Below, in pieces: positions 1 through 8,166 of a stretch of 30,846 nucleotides of DNA. The translations under genes were made by a program, and so were the position numbers. The notes under the pieces were generated by a model. It had not been told where the DNA came from and made no database searches. It saw only the letters and a program-made list of their open reading frames with translations. The stretch's first letter is position 1; every line of letters begins with the position of its first letter. The stretch is from a virus (taxonomy: Duplodnaviria; Caudoviricetes), in the IMG/VR virus record IMGVR_UViG_3300032247_001025, positions 1 to 30,846 of that record, one strand, 5' to 3'.

Positions 1-13
1 GATATTGAGGAGC

Positions 14-403
14 TTAAGAAAAGCGGTAAATAGCAAAGGGAGGGTTCTTATCACGGATCTTTCCGCCGTACATATCTCTTTGCTTAAAGTCAGAGATCCA
101 ACCTTTTTCAGTTTTCATGCAGATATGGCCATAAGGTTCATATTGGATAATTGCAACATCTCCTAGCTCTGATTTATAATTTTCTTTGTTTTGTTCGGGA
201 AAATCAAACACTTTTTTAAATCCGAGGGCTTCGTAAGCAGGAGCGCAATTTTTAGCAGCAGAAAATTTTTTAACATGAACTTCAAATCCAAAATCACAAG
301 CACTTCTAATAGCAGCGGCACAATGTCCACAAGTGTCTTTGTTGTAAGAAGGAAAAGCTTTAGTAATTAAATATTGGCAGGCTCTTTCTAATCTTTTATC
401 CAT
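14..403 (-). CDS. Endolysin candidate: NlpC/P60 (papain-like Cys-His) peptidoglycan amidase, Tae3-like
   Basis: CGHCAAAIR (catalytic Cys), SAAKN..ALGF, GDVAIIQ, GHICM (catalytic His), WISDFKQ; adjacent to spanin and holin candidates. Confidence 0.75.
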   Translation of the reverse strand: MDKRLERACQYLITKAFPSYNKDTCGHCAAAIRSACDFGFEVHVKKFSAAKNCAPAYEALGFKKVFDFPEQNKENYKSELGDVAIIQYEPYGHICMKTEKGWISDFKQRDMYGGKIRDKNPPFAIYRFS

Positions 404-404
404 A

Positions 405-668
405 TTAATCTATATCACAGGTTTCTTGTTCTTCGTTGCTGAGATACACTTTGCAATGTTCGCAAGCGTTCTGATTATTGGAGATGATAAACTCTTTATC
501 TTTACGACTATAAATTGTTTTAGACTCAAAATATATAAGATGAGATCCAAAGCAAATATCCTTATTTAGTTTTATCTCTTCTTGTCCATTTTGGCACGAA
601 CTTATCAAGATCAGACTCGCTAAGACGAGCATTTTCTTGCTTTGTTTTATTAAACTTTTCAACATCAC
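405..668 (-). CDS. o-spanin (Rz1-like outer-membrane lipoprotein)
   Basis: Basic N-terminus, hydrophobic LVLASLILI and lipobox ISS-C; overlaps the 3' end of the i-spanin candidate. The start may be 665 or 632. Confidence 0.7.
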   Translation of the reverse strand: MMLKSLIKQSKKMLVLASLILISSCQNGQEEIKLNKDICFGSHLIYFESKTIYSRKDKEFIISNNQNACEHCKVYLSNEEQETCDID

Positions 669-804
669 TAACTACCTCTTTGTTTTCATTTATTGAAACA
701 CTTTCTTTGCCAGCTTTAAAGGCCATTTTTCTAGCTATCAAGGCAAAAACTATTAAAAAGCCATTAACTAATGACTTAATATTGTTTAAAATAAATTGAG
801 TCAT
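562..804 (-). CDS. i-spanin (Rz-like)
   Basis: Single N-terminal TM segment (LVNGFLIVFALIA) followed by a charged helical periplasmic tail; the lipoprotein gene overlaps it in another frame. Confidence 0.65.
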   Translation of the reverse strand: MTQFILNNIKSLVNGFLIVFALIARKMAFKAGKESVSINENKEVVSDVEKFNKTKQENARLSESDLDKFVPKWTRRDKTK

Positions 805-1031
805 TACATTAATCCGATTAAATATTTAGCACCAGATACGCAATCTGCAATTGATATTTTTGCCATGAATAGGAAAATGCCGCAAGAGAGGCAAACAACA
901 AAGAATGTTGATTGTAGCTTTGATTTGAATATAAGTTGCGCTAATTTCCACCAAAAACCTAACCATTCATGGCTTATTTTGTAAATCATTTCTAAGTTGG
1001 TTGGCGGTCTGTCGCATTGATTATTTGCCAT
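804..1031 (-). CDS. Small membrane protein, holin candidate
   Basis: 75 aa with hydrophobic segment TFFVVCLSCGIFLFMA; lies in the lysis cassette; TAATG overlap with the next gene. Confidence 0.5.
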   Translation of the reverse strand: MANNQCDRPPTNLEMIYKISHEWLGFWWKLAQLIFKSKLQSTFFVVCLSCGIFLFMAKISIADCVSGAKYLIGLM

Positions 1032-1338
1032 TTTTTTCTTTCTTTAAAATTATTTTTAATTCTTCTAAAAGCTCTTTGTCATCGCTTAAAATTGCTTGTT
1101 TTAAAGCAAAATTTTCATTATCTATACAATGCTTATGATTTTTATAAAGAGATACTTCTTTAGTAAGATCTGAAACTGATTTAGAGAGATCTGCCGTAAA
1201 TTTCAACTTTATATGATTAAAAAAGGCTTCATAAGCTTGCGGCATTAAATAAGCCAGCACTTTATAAATAATTAATCCTATTAAACCAAAAAACCAGAAT
1301 ATACCTTCTCTAAAAGAATCTAATGTTAAATGCTCCAT
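1021..1338 (-). CDS. Membrane protein, holin or antiholin candidate
   Basis: N-terminal TM (GIFWFFGLIGLIIYKVLAYL) plus coiled-coil C-terminus; first gene of the lysis cluster. Confidence 0.5.
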   Translation of the reverse strand: MEHLTLDSFREGIFWFFGLIGLIIYKVLAYLMPQAYEAFFNHIKLKFTADLSKSVSDLTKEVSLYKNHKHCIDNENFALKQAILSDDKELLEELKIILKKEKNGK

Positions 1339-1353
1339 TTATTTTAAAATTAC

Positions 1354-1752
1354 TTATTCATTAATAATAATATCATTCCCGTTACTATCAAGCCTTGTCA
1401 AAGTATCCATGTCGAGTTCGACTACTGTGTAGGAGCGATCAGAATGATCTTTTAGATAAAAGAACTCATTTTCTAAACGGTAATAGGCGGACCAAGCAGT
1501 TGTAACTTTCCAATACTCTAACGCTTCACGATAAATCTCTTCATCAATTACCTCAATATTGTTTTCAACAATATAGCTTTCCAAAGGAAATGCACCATCT
1601 TGAAAAATATGCAAGTTATTTTCACGGATAACTTCTAGACCAATGCCCGTTACAGTAGCCATGCCAACTGCTTTTTGGTAAAGGTGATCATATTTTTGAG
1701 CTTGCTTTGTTTCTAAAAAAGAAGAGAAGCGATTAAATCTAAGCAAAGCCAT
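1354..1752 (-). CDS. Hypothetical protein, possibly a fibre/lectin accessory
   Basis: 132-aa ORF in operon position, overlapping the LamG gene by 14 nt. Confidence 0.6.
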   Translation of the reverse strand: MALLRFNRFSSFLETKQAQKYDHLYQKAVGMATVTGIGLEVIRENNLHIFQDGAFPLESYIVENNIEVIDEEIYREALEYWKVTTAWSAYYRLENEFFYLKDHSDRSYTVVELDMDTLTRLDSNGNDIIINE

Positions 1753-2470
1753 ATTTGTTTTTAAAATAATTTATTAATTGAGAAATTTCGGACGCACTTA
1801 ATATTTTTTTGTAACCCATAAATTCAGCAATAGCACCGTTAAAACACCTGTTTGCAGATCCAACATTGCCTATGTATAAAGTATTGACAGCATCTGAAAC
1901 TCTAACGCCAGAGGGAGTAATAGATTTTGTTAGAGTTACGGGAGAAGTTGAATTAAGATAAATACTAGGATTATTTGCGATTGACGAATTATCATAGGTG
2001 ATGATAAAAAAATAATTAGTTCCGTTAATTACAGAATTGCTTTGCGTATCCCACAATCCTGATGATATTGTAAAGTTAGCAAGAAATCTTAAAATTCTTT
2101 GACCGTGTGAACAGAAATAACCTGCATTAGATATTGATTTATCAAAAAACCTACCCGCAAAACCAGACGAATCCCCGATAGGTCTAAAAACTCCCGCAAT
2201 AGTTCCACCATTTGCAAATATATCAGCATTTGCATTAGTTGGACTCGCCGAAATCCCATCATTTACACCATCAAAAAGTAACGCAGGTTTATCATTAATT
2301 GTTGCCGCAGTATTGTTTGGTTGGTTAGTAGCAGTGCCTTGAATGGCTGGAGTAGGTAAGATTTGATTGCTCCATGAAGAAACTAAACCTTGTGCTTGTT
2401 TAAAAGCATCATACCAAAAAACTGCGCCTGATATAGTGGCTGGAATTTGTGTTTGAGGGAATATAGCCAT
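1739..2470 (-). CDS. LamG / concanavalin-A-like lectin-fold virion protein (putative receptor-binding tip)
   Basis: FWYDA, INDKPALLFDGVND, LYIGN..FNGAIAEFMGYKKILSASEISQL...KYG are typical LamG-like jelly-roll motifs. Confidence 0.8.
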   Translation of the reverse strand: MAIFPQTQIPATISGAVFWYDAFKQAQGLVSSWSNQILPTPAIQGTATNQPNNTAATINDKPALLFDGVNDGISASPTNANADIFANGGTIAGVFRPIGDSSGFAGRFFDKSISNAGYFCSHGQRILRFLANFTISSGLWDTQSNSVINGTNYFFIITYDNSSIANNPSIYLNSTSPVTLTKSITPSGVRVSDAVNTLYIGNVGSANRCFNGAIAEFMGYKKILSASEISQLINYFKNKYGFA

Positions 2471-4023
2471 TAGTAATTCCTTGTGTAGTTAATTGTTATA
2501 AACGCATCTATAACGCTAGTTATACCTGTTGGAGTGTAGCTAATAACTTGACCAGAGGTAAAAGTATTTGCGGCGGTTGCGGCGGTTAAAGTTCTAGTTG
2601 TTGAGTTGGCAATTGCTGTCAAACCAGTGATGTTTGTGCCGTCAATTTTGGCAGTGTAAGTTCCTGCGGTAACTGCCGAAGTGTTTCTCAAAGAAAGACC
2701 AGTGATAGTCCCGCTGAAATTTGGCACGGCAATATCATAGACTTGGTTTGTTACTAAAGCCCCACTAAAGGCAATGCTAAAAGATTCAGTAACAACGGCA
2801 GTTCCTGCAAATACTTGCCAACTTGTAGCAGAAATTTTTTCAATATAAGCAGTTGCATTAGTAATTAATGTTGTATTACCAAGTAAAGTTTCAGCACCTT
2901 CTTTTACTAAAGTTACTGTTCCTGCGCCCAAATTAATTAATTTAATTTTAGAGCCAATTGGAAAAGCTACATTTGATGTTTGTGGTAAAGTATAAGTAGA
3001 AGCTGAAGCATTGTTTGCAATTACATCATTTCCTAAATCTGTAAGTGCCAACGGGTAAGACGTGCCAGTTTGGTTATTAATCGCATTAGCTAACGCTCTG
3101 CCGTCTGCTGGATCAAACTGCGTCATAATCCAATTGCCAGAACCTAAAGAAGTCATTGTAAAGCAATCATCTGCTTTGGTTGTGATATTCTTTTTGTTTT
3201 TAGTGATTAATGAAGTAGCGTTGTAGGTAATTAAAAAAACATCAGTAGCTCGGCATCTTCTAGTTATGCCAGCGTTCGCAGTGCCAAAAGAAGTGATTGT
3301 TGTTGTGCCTGAAATTGCAACATTATTTGATGCTGCTGCGCCTATGTCGCAAGTAGAAGCCGAAGCAACTGTTGCGTAGGCAGCTTCGTTGATTGCTGCG
3401 CTACTCATTTCTAAAGCTCCATTAGTGGCATTAATTTGAGCTTTGGTGGTTCCGTCTATCTGAAGAACTAAATTTTTAGTTGTCCCACCACCTGTTTTTG
3501 AAGAATTTAAGCCAACATGAGAATTTGTTTCATCGGCGTGCACTTGAAGCAAACTGGCATTATCTGCATCAGGATTTCCATAGGCTGTGAATGCTCCTAA
3601 TCTTCCAGTTCCTAAGGGAATTATACCAAGGTTTGAATTAGAATTTGCGGTTGTTGTTTGAAAAAGTAGCCTGTTTAATCGAGTAGTATTGGTTAAATCG
3701 CCAGTTATTCTTAGGCTATCTCCGCTAAAGCCTAGGTTGCCAGTCATTGTGTCGCCAGCTTTATTTACTGGGATATACCCAACGCCAGTTTCAAAAATCT
3801 TCCATTGGCCAGCAAAATTATAATAAACCCAGTCACCTACGCTAAAAGTCTGTGAGCCGCTTCCTAAGTTTTGCGTTCCAGCAACACTTACAACATAATA
3901 GTAACCTTGTGTTCCAGTTCCATCTGCTAAAGTTGGAGTATTAGTTGAAGCGTTCCAAAAACCTTGGTCTATAAGTCCATTAGCTAATGTTGGGGCGTAA
4001 TTAAAGGGTGAGTTTTTAGACAT
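2470..4023 (-). CDS. Tail/head fibre protein 3 (modular, 517 aa)
   Basis: WNASTNTPTL..GYYYVVSVAGT..VGDW module, VNKAGDTMTG fibre motif, NQTGTSY..DLG..TLP module; Thr/Gly/Ala-rich. Confidence 0.8.
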   Translation of the reverse strand: MSKNSPFNYAPTLANGLIDQGFWNASTNTPTLADGTGTQGYYYVVSVAGTQNLGSGSQTFSVGDWVYYNFAGQWKIFETGVGYIPVNKAGDTMTGNLGFSGDSLRITGDLTNTTRLNRLLFQTTTANSNSNLGIIPLGTGRLGAFTAYGNPDADNASLLQVHADETNSHVGLNSSKTGGGTTKNLVLQIDGTTKAQINATNGALEMSSAAINEAAYATVASASTCDIGAAASNNVAISGTTTITSFGTANAGITRRCRATDVFLITYNATSLITKNKKNITTKADDCFTMTSLGSGNWIMTQFDPADGRALANAINNQTGTSYPLALTDLGNDVIANNASASTYTLPQTSNVAFPIGSKIKLINLGAGTVTLVKEGAETLLGNTTLITNATAYIEKISATSWQVFAGTAVVTESFSIAFSGALVTNQVYDIAVPNFSGTITGLSLRNTSAVTAGTYTAKIDGTNITGLTAIANSTTRTLTAATAANTFTSGQVISYTPTGITSVIDAFITINYTRNY

Positions 4024-4681
4024 TAAAAGTACCTAGTTGTTTAATTTTTTCTAAAATTTCTGGATCATTAAATTTCTTTATAACAAGATTTTTTAAAGGA
4101 TCAGTTGCTTCTCGTAAAAGTTGTTTTTTCTTCTTAACTTTTTCTAGCTTTTCTTTATCTCCATCTTCTAAAGCCCTTAAAGATTCTATGTCTAGGGACA
4201 GAAATTTAGGGTTTCTTTCAATTCTCATCTTTTCTAAGATAACTTCACGAGCCTTTTCATTATGAATATCGACTGTTTCAGTATTAAAGTCATCGGTCCA
4301 AGCTTCAGGTAATTCAGTTGGAAGATCTGAATTACTGACTAGCCTATATTCTTCTTTAAATAAATTTTGCTTAAGAGAAGAATCATCATTAAGCATTTCA
4401 AAAGATATGTCTAAAATAGAGCAAGAACCATCGTTATGAGCTATTGCAATCTTATGATTTTCTATAAAATCGCTAATTTCTTTTTCTTTTTTCAATTTTT
4501 CCGCTTCCAATTCTTTTTCCTTGGTATCTTCTACTGGAATAAGTTCAGGCTTCACAATGTTGCCAGCATTAATCCATGTTTTAACATCTTGATAGTCAAA
4601 ATTGCCTTCATCTATCGGAATGAAAAATTGGTTATTAACTACATACCCACCAGTTGTATTTTTTACACTTTCAATATTCAT
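4016..4681 (-). CDS. Tail fibre assembly chaperone-like protein
   Basis: IPIDEGNFDYQDVKTWINAGN motif and C-terminal MRIERN..LDI..RALE..KQLLRE motif; lies between two fibre genes. Confidence 0.65.
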   Translation of the reverse strand: MNIESVKNTTGGYVVNNQFFIPIDEGNFDYQDVKTWINAGNIVKPELIPVEDTKEKELEAEKLKKEKEISDFIENHKIAIAHNDGSCSILDISFEMLNDDSSLKQNLFKEEYRLVSNSDLPTELPEAWTDDFNTETVDIHNEKAREVILEKMRIERNPKFLSLDIESLRALEDGDKEKLEKVKKKKQLLREATDPLKNLVIKKFNDPEILEKIKQLGTFNV

Positions 4682-4686
4682 ATTTG

Positions 4687-6786
4687 TTATTGGTAATATT
4701 CAGTTACTTCAATATATCCAGATCCACCAGCGCCACCAGCAAATCCATTAATACCAGCAGCACCAGCAGCACCAGCAGCACCAACTGCATAAGAATAGGT
4801 AGCGCTAGGAGAAGTTATAATAGCATCAATAAACCCACCAGCTCCACCACCTGATCCAGAATAAGAAGAAGTAACGCCAGTTGTAGTACCGCCGCCGCCA
4901 CCACCACCACCAGTATTAGTAGCTCCTGCTACACCAGCAGCGCCGTAAACTGCTCCGCCACCGCCACCGCCAAAAGCATTATTCCCGCCACTTCCGCCTA
5001 AAAGACTTGTTCCATTAGCTACAGAATTATTATAACCATGACCTTGTCCACCACCGCCAATAAGAGCTGTTCCGATAGCTGGCGCAGAAAGAGTCACTGT
5101 ACCACCAGCTCCACCACCACCACCAATAACGCCGCCACCGCCACCGCCATTAGCCATTAATAGAGAAGACCCAAAAATACTATTACCACCAGCGCCGCCA
5201 GCAGTTTGACTTGCAGTACCAGATCCGCCGCCGCCACCACCACCACCAGCTTGTCTAACTCTAATATAGATAACATTAGCAGGAGTAATGTAAGTTCCTG
5301 ATCCAGAAGTAAATTTTTGAATAGTTGGGGCTACAAAACTAGCAAAAAAAGGTAAAGCGCCAGAGCCAGCTGATTTTAAGAATTGTCCAGCAGTTCCAAC
5401 AGAGGAAATTGATTGTTCTGCTCCTGTCGATGTTGTTCCCCCACAAATTACAGCATAAGCTGTTGTTGAGGCTCTACCAGTGCCGCCTTGAGCTACGGTT
5501 ACAGCAGCATTATCAGTTAAAATTGTTGCACTTGTATTTGGTAAGGTAAAAGTTTTTTCCGCTGTAGCTGGCCCAGAAAATTTAGTAAATCCGTTTCCTG
5601 TACCACCATAATTTGACGCAATAATTTGATTTAAATCAGCAGAACCATTAAAATTGTTTCCATAAATAGTTCTGGTTGTCGCTAAAGTTGTAGCTGTAGT
5701 AGCATTGCCAGATAAAGCGCCAGTAAATGTAGTCGCACCTAAATTGTTAATAGCAGCATTATAGGTTAATCCAGAATTTGTTTTAGGTTGTTGACCAGAG
5801 GTTTGTGACCCAGAAGAATTTCCAAGTAAAACAAAACAAGTTGTATCAACAGTTTCATCAACTGTTTGAATGGTTTGAGGTACAATATTAGCTGTAGCAT
5901 CAAAAGAAACTCCGCCAATAGTTCTGGCATTTTGCAAAGCTGTTGCTGTTCCAGCATTGCCAGAAACCGTTGTTTGATCCCCTGTATTAGTTCCTGAAAC
6001 ACTTGCATCTAAAGCAACTGTAAGAGTTTTAGAAGTTGTTCCGCCAGCAATTGTAAATCCAGTCGCTAAAGCCGTATTTGTTAAGCCATTAACTGTCTTA
6101 TTCGTTAAAGCTTGGCTTCCTGTTAGGGTCGCTACAGTAGAATCAATTGAAAGAGTCGAGCCGATTTTCTGTAGACCAGTTCCAACGGAGATACTAGATG
6201 CGGCATTAAATTGAGCAAAAACAATATTTGTTACACCAACAGTAGGGTTAGTTGTATTCGTGCACCAATATCCAGCGCCTGCATTTGTAGAGCCGGAGTC
6301 AACTAGAAGATAAGCTCCTGCAAATTCTGTCGATTTGTCCATTGAAGTATTTCTTGTTAAGACAAGAGCTACTCCAACAGCTCCGGCTGTAGTTACGTCG
6401 TATAATCCATTGTAAGGAGAAACTCCAGCTCCCTCATCTTTTACTAAAATCCTATCATTAAGAATTAAATTTCTTCCATCAATTGCTACAACACCAGTAG
6501 CTGTCATGGTTATAGTTGCTCCAACTCCAGAGCTCCCATTAGCGTATGTGTACGCAGGAAGTGTAGTTGTAGTTGCAACAACTGGTGTTGGCTTTGGAGA
6601 TAATCCTTGAAGTCCAGCATCAACATAAGCTTTAGTTGCCGCTTGTAAATCACTTGCGGGATTGCCAGGCAAAGTTACAGTTCCAGTAAATACAGGATTA
6701 TTTATCGGAGCTTTCAAAGCGATTTCCGCTTCAATAGCTGCAATGTCTGGATTTGAAGAATAATTGAAAGGTGATACTTTAGACAT
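4687..6786 (-). CDS. Tail/head fibre protein 2 with C-terminal glycine-rich domain (699 aa)
   Basis: APINNPVFTG and AATKAYVD fibre motifs, repeated TAT.L...RTI.G..F...A units, and many polyglycine tracts in the last ~200 aa. Confidence 0.85.
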   Translation of the reverse strand: MSKVSPFNYSSNPDIAAIEAEIALKAPINNPVFTGTVTLPGNPASDLQAATKAYVDAGLQGLSPKPTPVVATTTTLPAYTYANGSSGVGATITMTATGVVAIDGRNLILNDRILVKDEGAGVSPYNGLYDVTTAGAVGVALVLTRNTSMDKSTEFAGAYLLVDSGSTNAGAGYWCTNTTNPTVGVTNIVFAQFNAASSISVGTGLQKIGSTLSIDSTVATLTGSQALTNKTVNGLTNTALATGFTIAGGTTSKTLTVALDASVSGTNTGDQTTVSGNAGTATALQNARTIGGVSFDATANIVPQTIQTVDETVDTTCFVLLGNSSGSQTSGQQPKTNSGLTYNAAINNLGATTFTGALSGNATTATTLATTRTIYGNNFNGSADLNQIIASNYGGTGNGFTKFSGPATAEKTFTLPNTSATILTDNAAVTVAQGGTGRASTTAYAVICGGTTSTGAEQSISSVGTAGQFLKSAGSGALPFFASFVAPTIQKFTSGSGTYITPANVIYIRVRQAGGGGGGGGSGTASQTAGGAGGNSIFGSSLLMANGGGGGGVIGGGGGAGGTVTLSAPAIGTALIGGGGQGHGYNNSVANGTSLLGGSGGNNAFGGGGGGAVYGAAGVAGATNTGGGGGGGGTTTGVTSSYSGSGGGAGGFIDAIITSPSATYSYAVGAAGAAGAAGINGFAGGAGGSGYIEVTEYYQ
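4725..5250 (-). repeat. Low-complexity GGT/GGC codon tracts encoding polyglycine
   Basis: Repeated ccaccaccgcc runs on the + strand, matching GGGGG tracts in the fibre C-terminus. Confidence 0.8.
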
Positions 6787-8051
6787 TATTTTTCTACGAA
6801 ATATAAGATTGTACCAGAGGCAAGATTTCCTGAGTCAAAATAAAATTTAAGATTATTAATTGCCCCAGTAGAGCCGTTGTAAATACTAGACCCTCTTGAC
6901 TGAGCAAAATATCCTAGAAGAGTTGTATAACTAACATTGGATTTCATAATTTTATTATGACTGGTATCATCTGGATTAAAGATTTCCATTGAACCGCTTA
7001 GACCTTTAGAAGAAGTGTTTATTATTCCCCAATTTGCGTCAGTATCATATTTTCCTGAAAGGGTGAATCGAGTAGTCGCATTTGTTGCGCTCCCTATGTT
7101 ATCAGTAGTATTAGAAGCCTCTGTATTTCCAAAATAATTAGTTGCCTCATAGGTTGAGCCACCATTTAAACTAACTTGACACATCAAGCCTTTACCGCTA
7201 GTTGCGGGAAGAACATTTACAAATTTAAAAATATGACGCGTGAATCCAGCGGTTAGATTAAAAGATACAGTTGCAACCGATGATATTGTTTGGCTAGAAA
7301 CAAATTGAATAGGGAAAGCGTTACTTAACAGAACTTTCTTATTGGCTGTCGCTGAGGCATCGTAAGTCATCACATAATCAGCAGAAGGGTCTGGCGTTGC
7401 ATCTGCGGTTAATCCAGTAATATTGACCGCAACAGTTGGGTTGCCAGAAACCCCACTACCATTAGTTACAGAAATTGCACTTCCTTGAGTAAGAGTTCTG
7501 CCAACAAAAGTATCGGCATCGATCTGTGTGATTATGCCGTTAGTATTATAAGCAGCTAGAGCAGTTAGGGTTGCATCATAAGCTTGGACATTAGTTCCAA
7601 TAGCTACGCCTAAATTAGTGCGAGCTGTAGCTGCGTTGGTTAGATCGCTTAAATTATTAGAAGCAACCAAAGCGCCAGCACCAGCTTTTTGGAATTGGGT
7701 AAAGGTAATTTCGCTTGTACCAAAAACAATTGGAGTATCAGCGCAAATCACTTCCCAAAGAGTATTAGCCCAAAGAGTTCCCAAGGTGGTAAGAATCAAA
7801 GTGCCACTAACCGCGTTAAGTTCGTTATTAAACCATACTGCGCGAGTCCAACTAGAGGTACTAACCGCATAAACACCATTCTCGGTTGCATCAGTTTGAC
7901 CATTAACAAGCACTACATCATCCTCAACTACAGCTACACCATTAACGGTTTGCTCCCCAGAAAGTGTAATATTAGTCATTGTAGCTACAAGCACAGGAGA
8001 CTTAGCTCCAAGCTCTCCTACTACACCACTTTTTAAATCTGTTGTTGTCAT
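6786..8051 (-). CDS. Tail fibre protein 1 (421 aa)
   Basis: K.PVLVAT.TNITLSGEQTVNGV..VLV..QTDATENGVY..WTRA module and NNLSDL.NAATARTNLG fibre repeat. Confidence 0.85.
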   Translation of the reverse strand: MTTTDLKSGVVGELGAKSPVLVATMTNITLSGEQTVNGVAVVEDDVVLVNGQTDATENGVYAVSTSSWTRAVWFNNELNAVSGTLILTTLGTLWANTLWEVICADTPIVFGTSEITFTQFQKAGAGALVASNNLSDLTNAATARTNLGVAIGTNVQAYDATLTALAAYNTNGIITQIDADTFVGRTLTQGSAISVTNGSGVSGNPTVAVNITGLTADATPDPSADYVMTYDASATANKKVLLSNAFPIQFVSSQTISSVATVSFNLTAGFTRHIFKFVNVLPATSGKGLMCQVSLNGGSTYEATNYFGNTEASNTTDNIGSATNATTRFTLSGKYDTDANWGIINTSSKGLSGSMEIFNPDDTSHNKIMKSNVSYTTLLGYFAQSRGSSIYNGSTGAINNLKFYFDSGNLASGTILYFVEK

Positions 8052-8056
8052 ATTTT

Positions 8057-8094
8057 AGGCAATAAAAAAGCCGCCCCATTTCTGGTAGCGGCTT
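8057..8094 (-). terminator. Intrinsic terminator immediately upstream of the fibre operon
   Basis: Minus strand AAGCCGC-TACCAGAAATGGG-GCGGCTT followed by TTTTATTGCCT, ending a few nt before the ATG at 8051. Confidence 0.75.
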
Positions 8095-8112
8095 AAAGTT
8101 GAGATAATATTA

Positions 8113-8151
8113 ATTATAGAAAAACAATAAAATAACTTTGGATGGATGCAA
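8113..8151 (-). promoter_or_regulatory. Possible sigma70-type promoter upstream of the fibre-operon terminator
   Basis: Minus strand TTGCAT (8151-8146), N16, TATTGT (8129-8124), then a second TATAAT (8118-8113). It overlaps an AT-rich inverted repeat, so it is ambiguous. Confidence 0.35.
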
Positions 8152-8166
8152 GTTATTTTTTTAAAA

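Noticed and set aside
4725-5250. CRISPR array or tandem-repeat locus in the GC-rich ccacc/ccgcc stretch
   Set aside because: Fully explained by glycine codons in the fibre; there is no repeat-spacer periodicity.
1739-8051. Diversity-generating retroelement or invertible fibre cassette, as in BPP-1 or Mu
   Set aside because: No reverse transcriptase or invertase in the window, no TR/VR-like ~100-bp near-duplicate noticed, and all fibre genes are co-oriented. It cannot be excluded outside the window.
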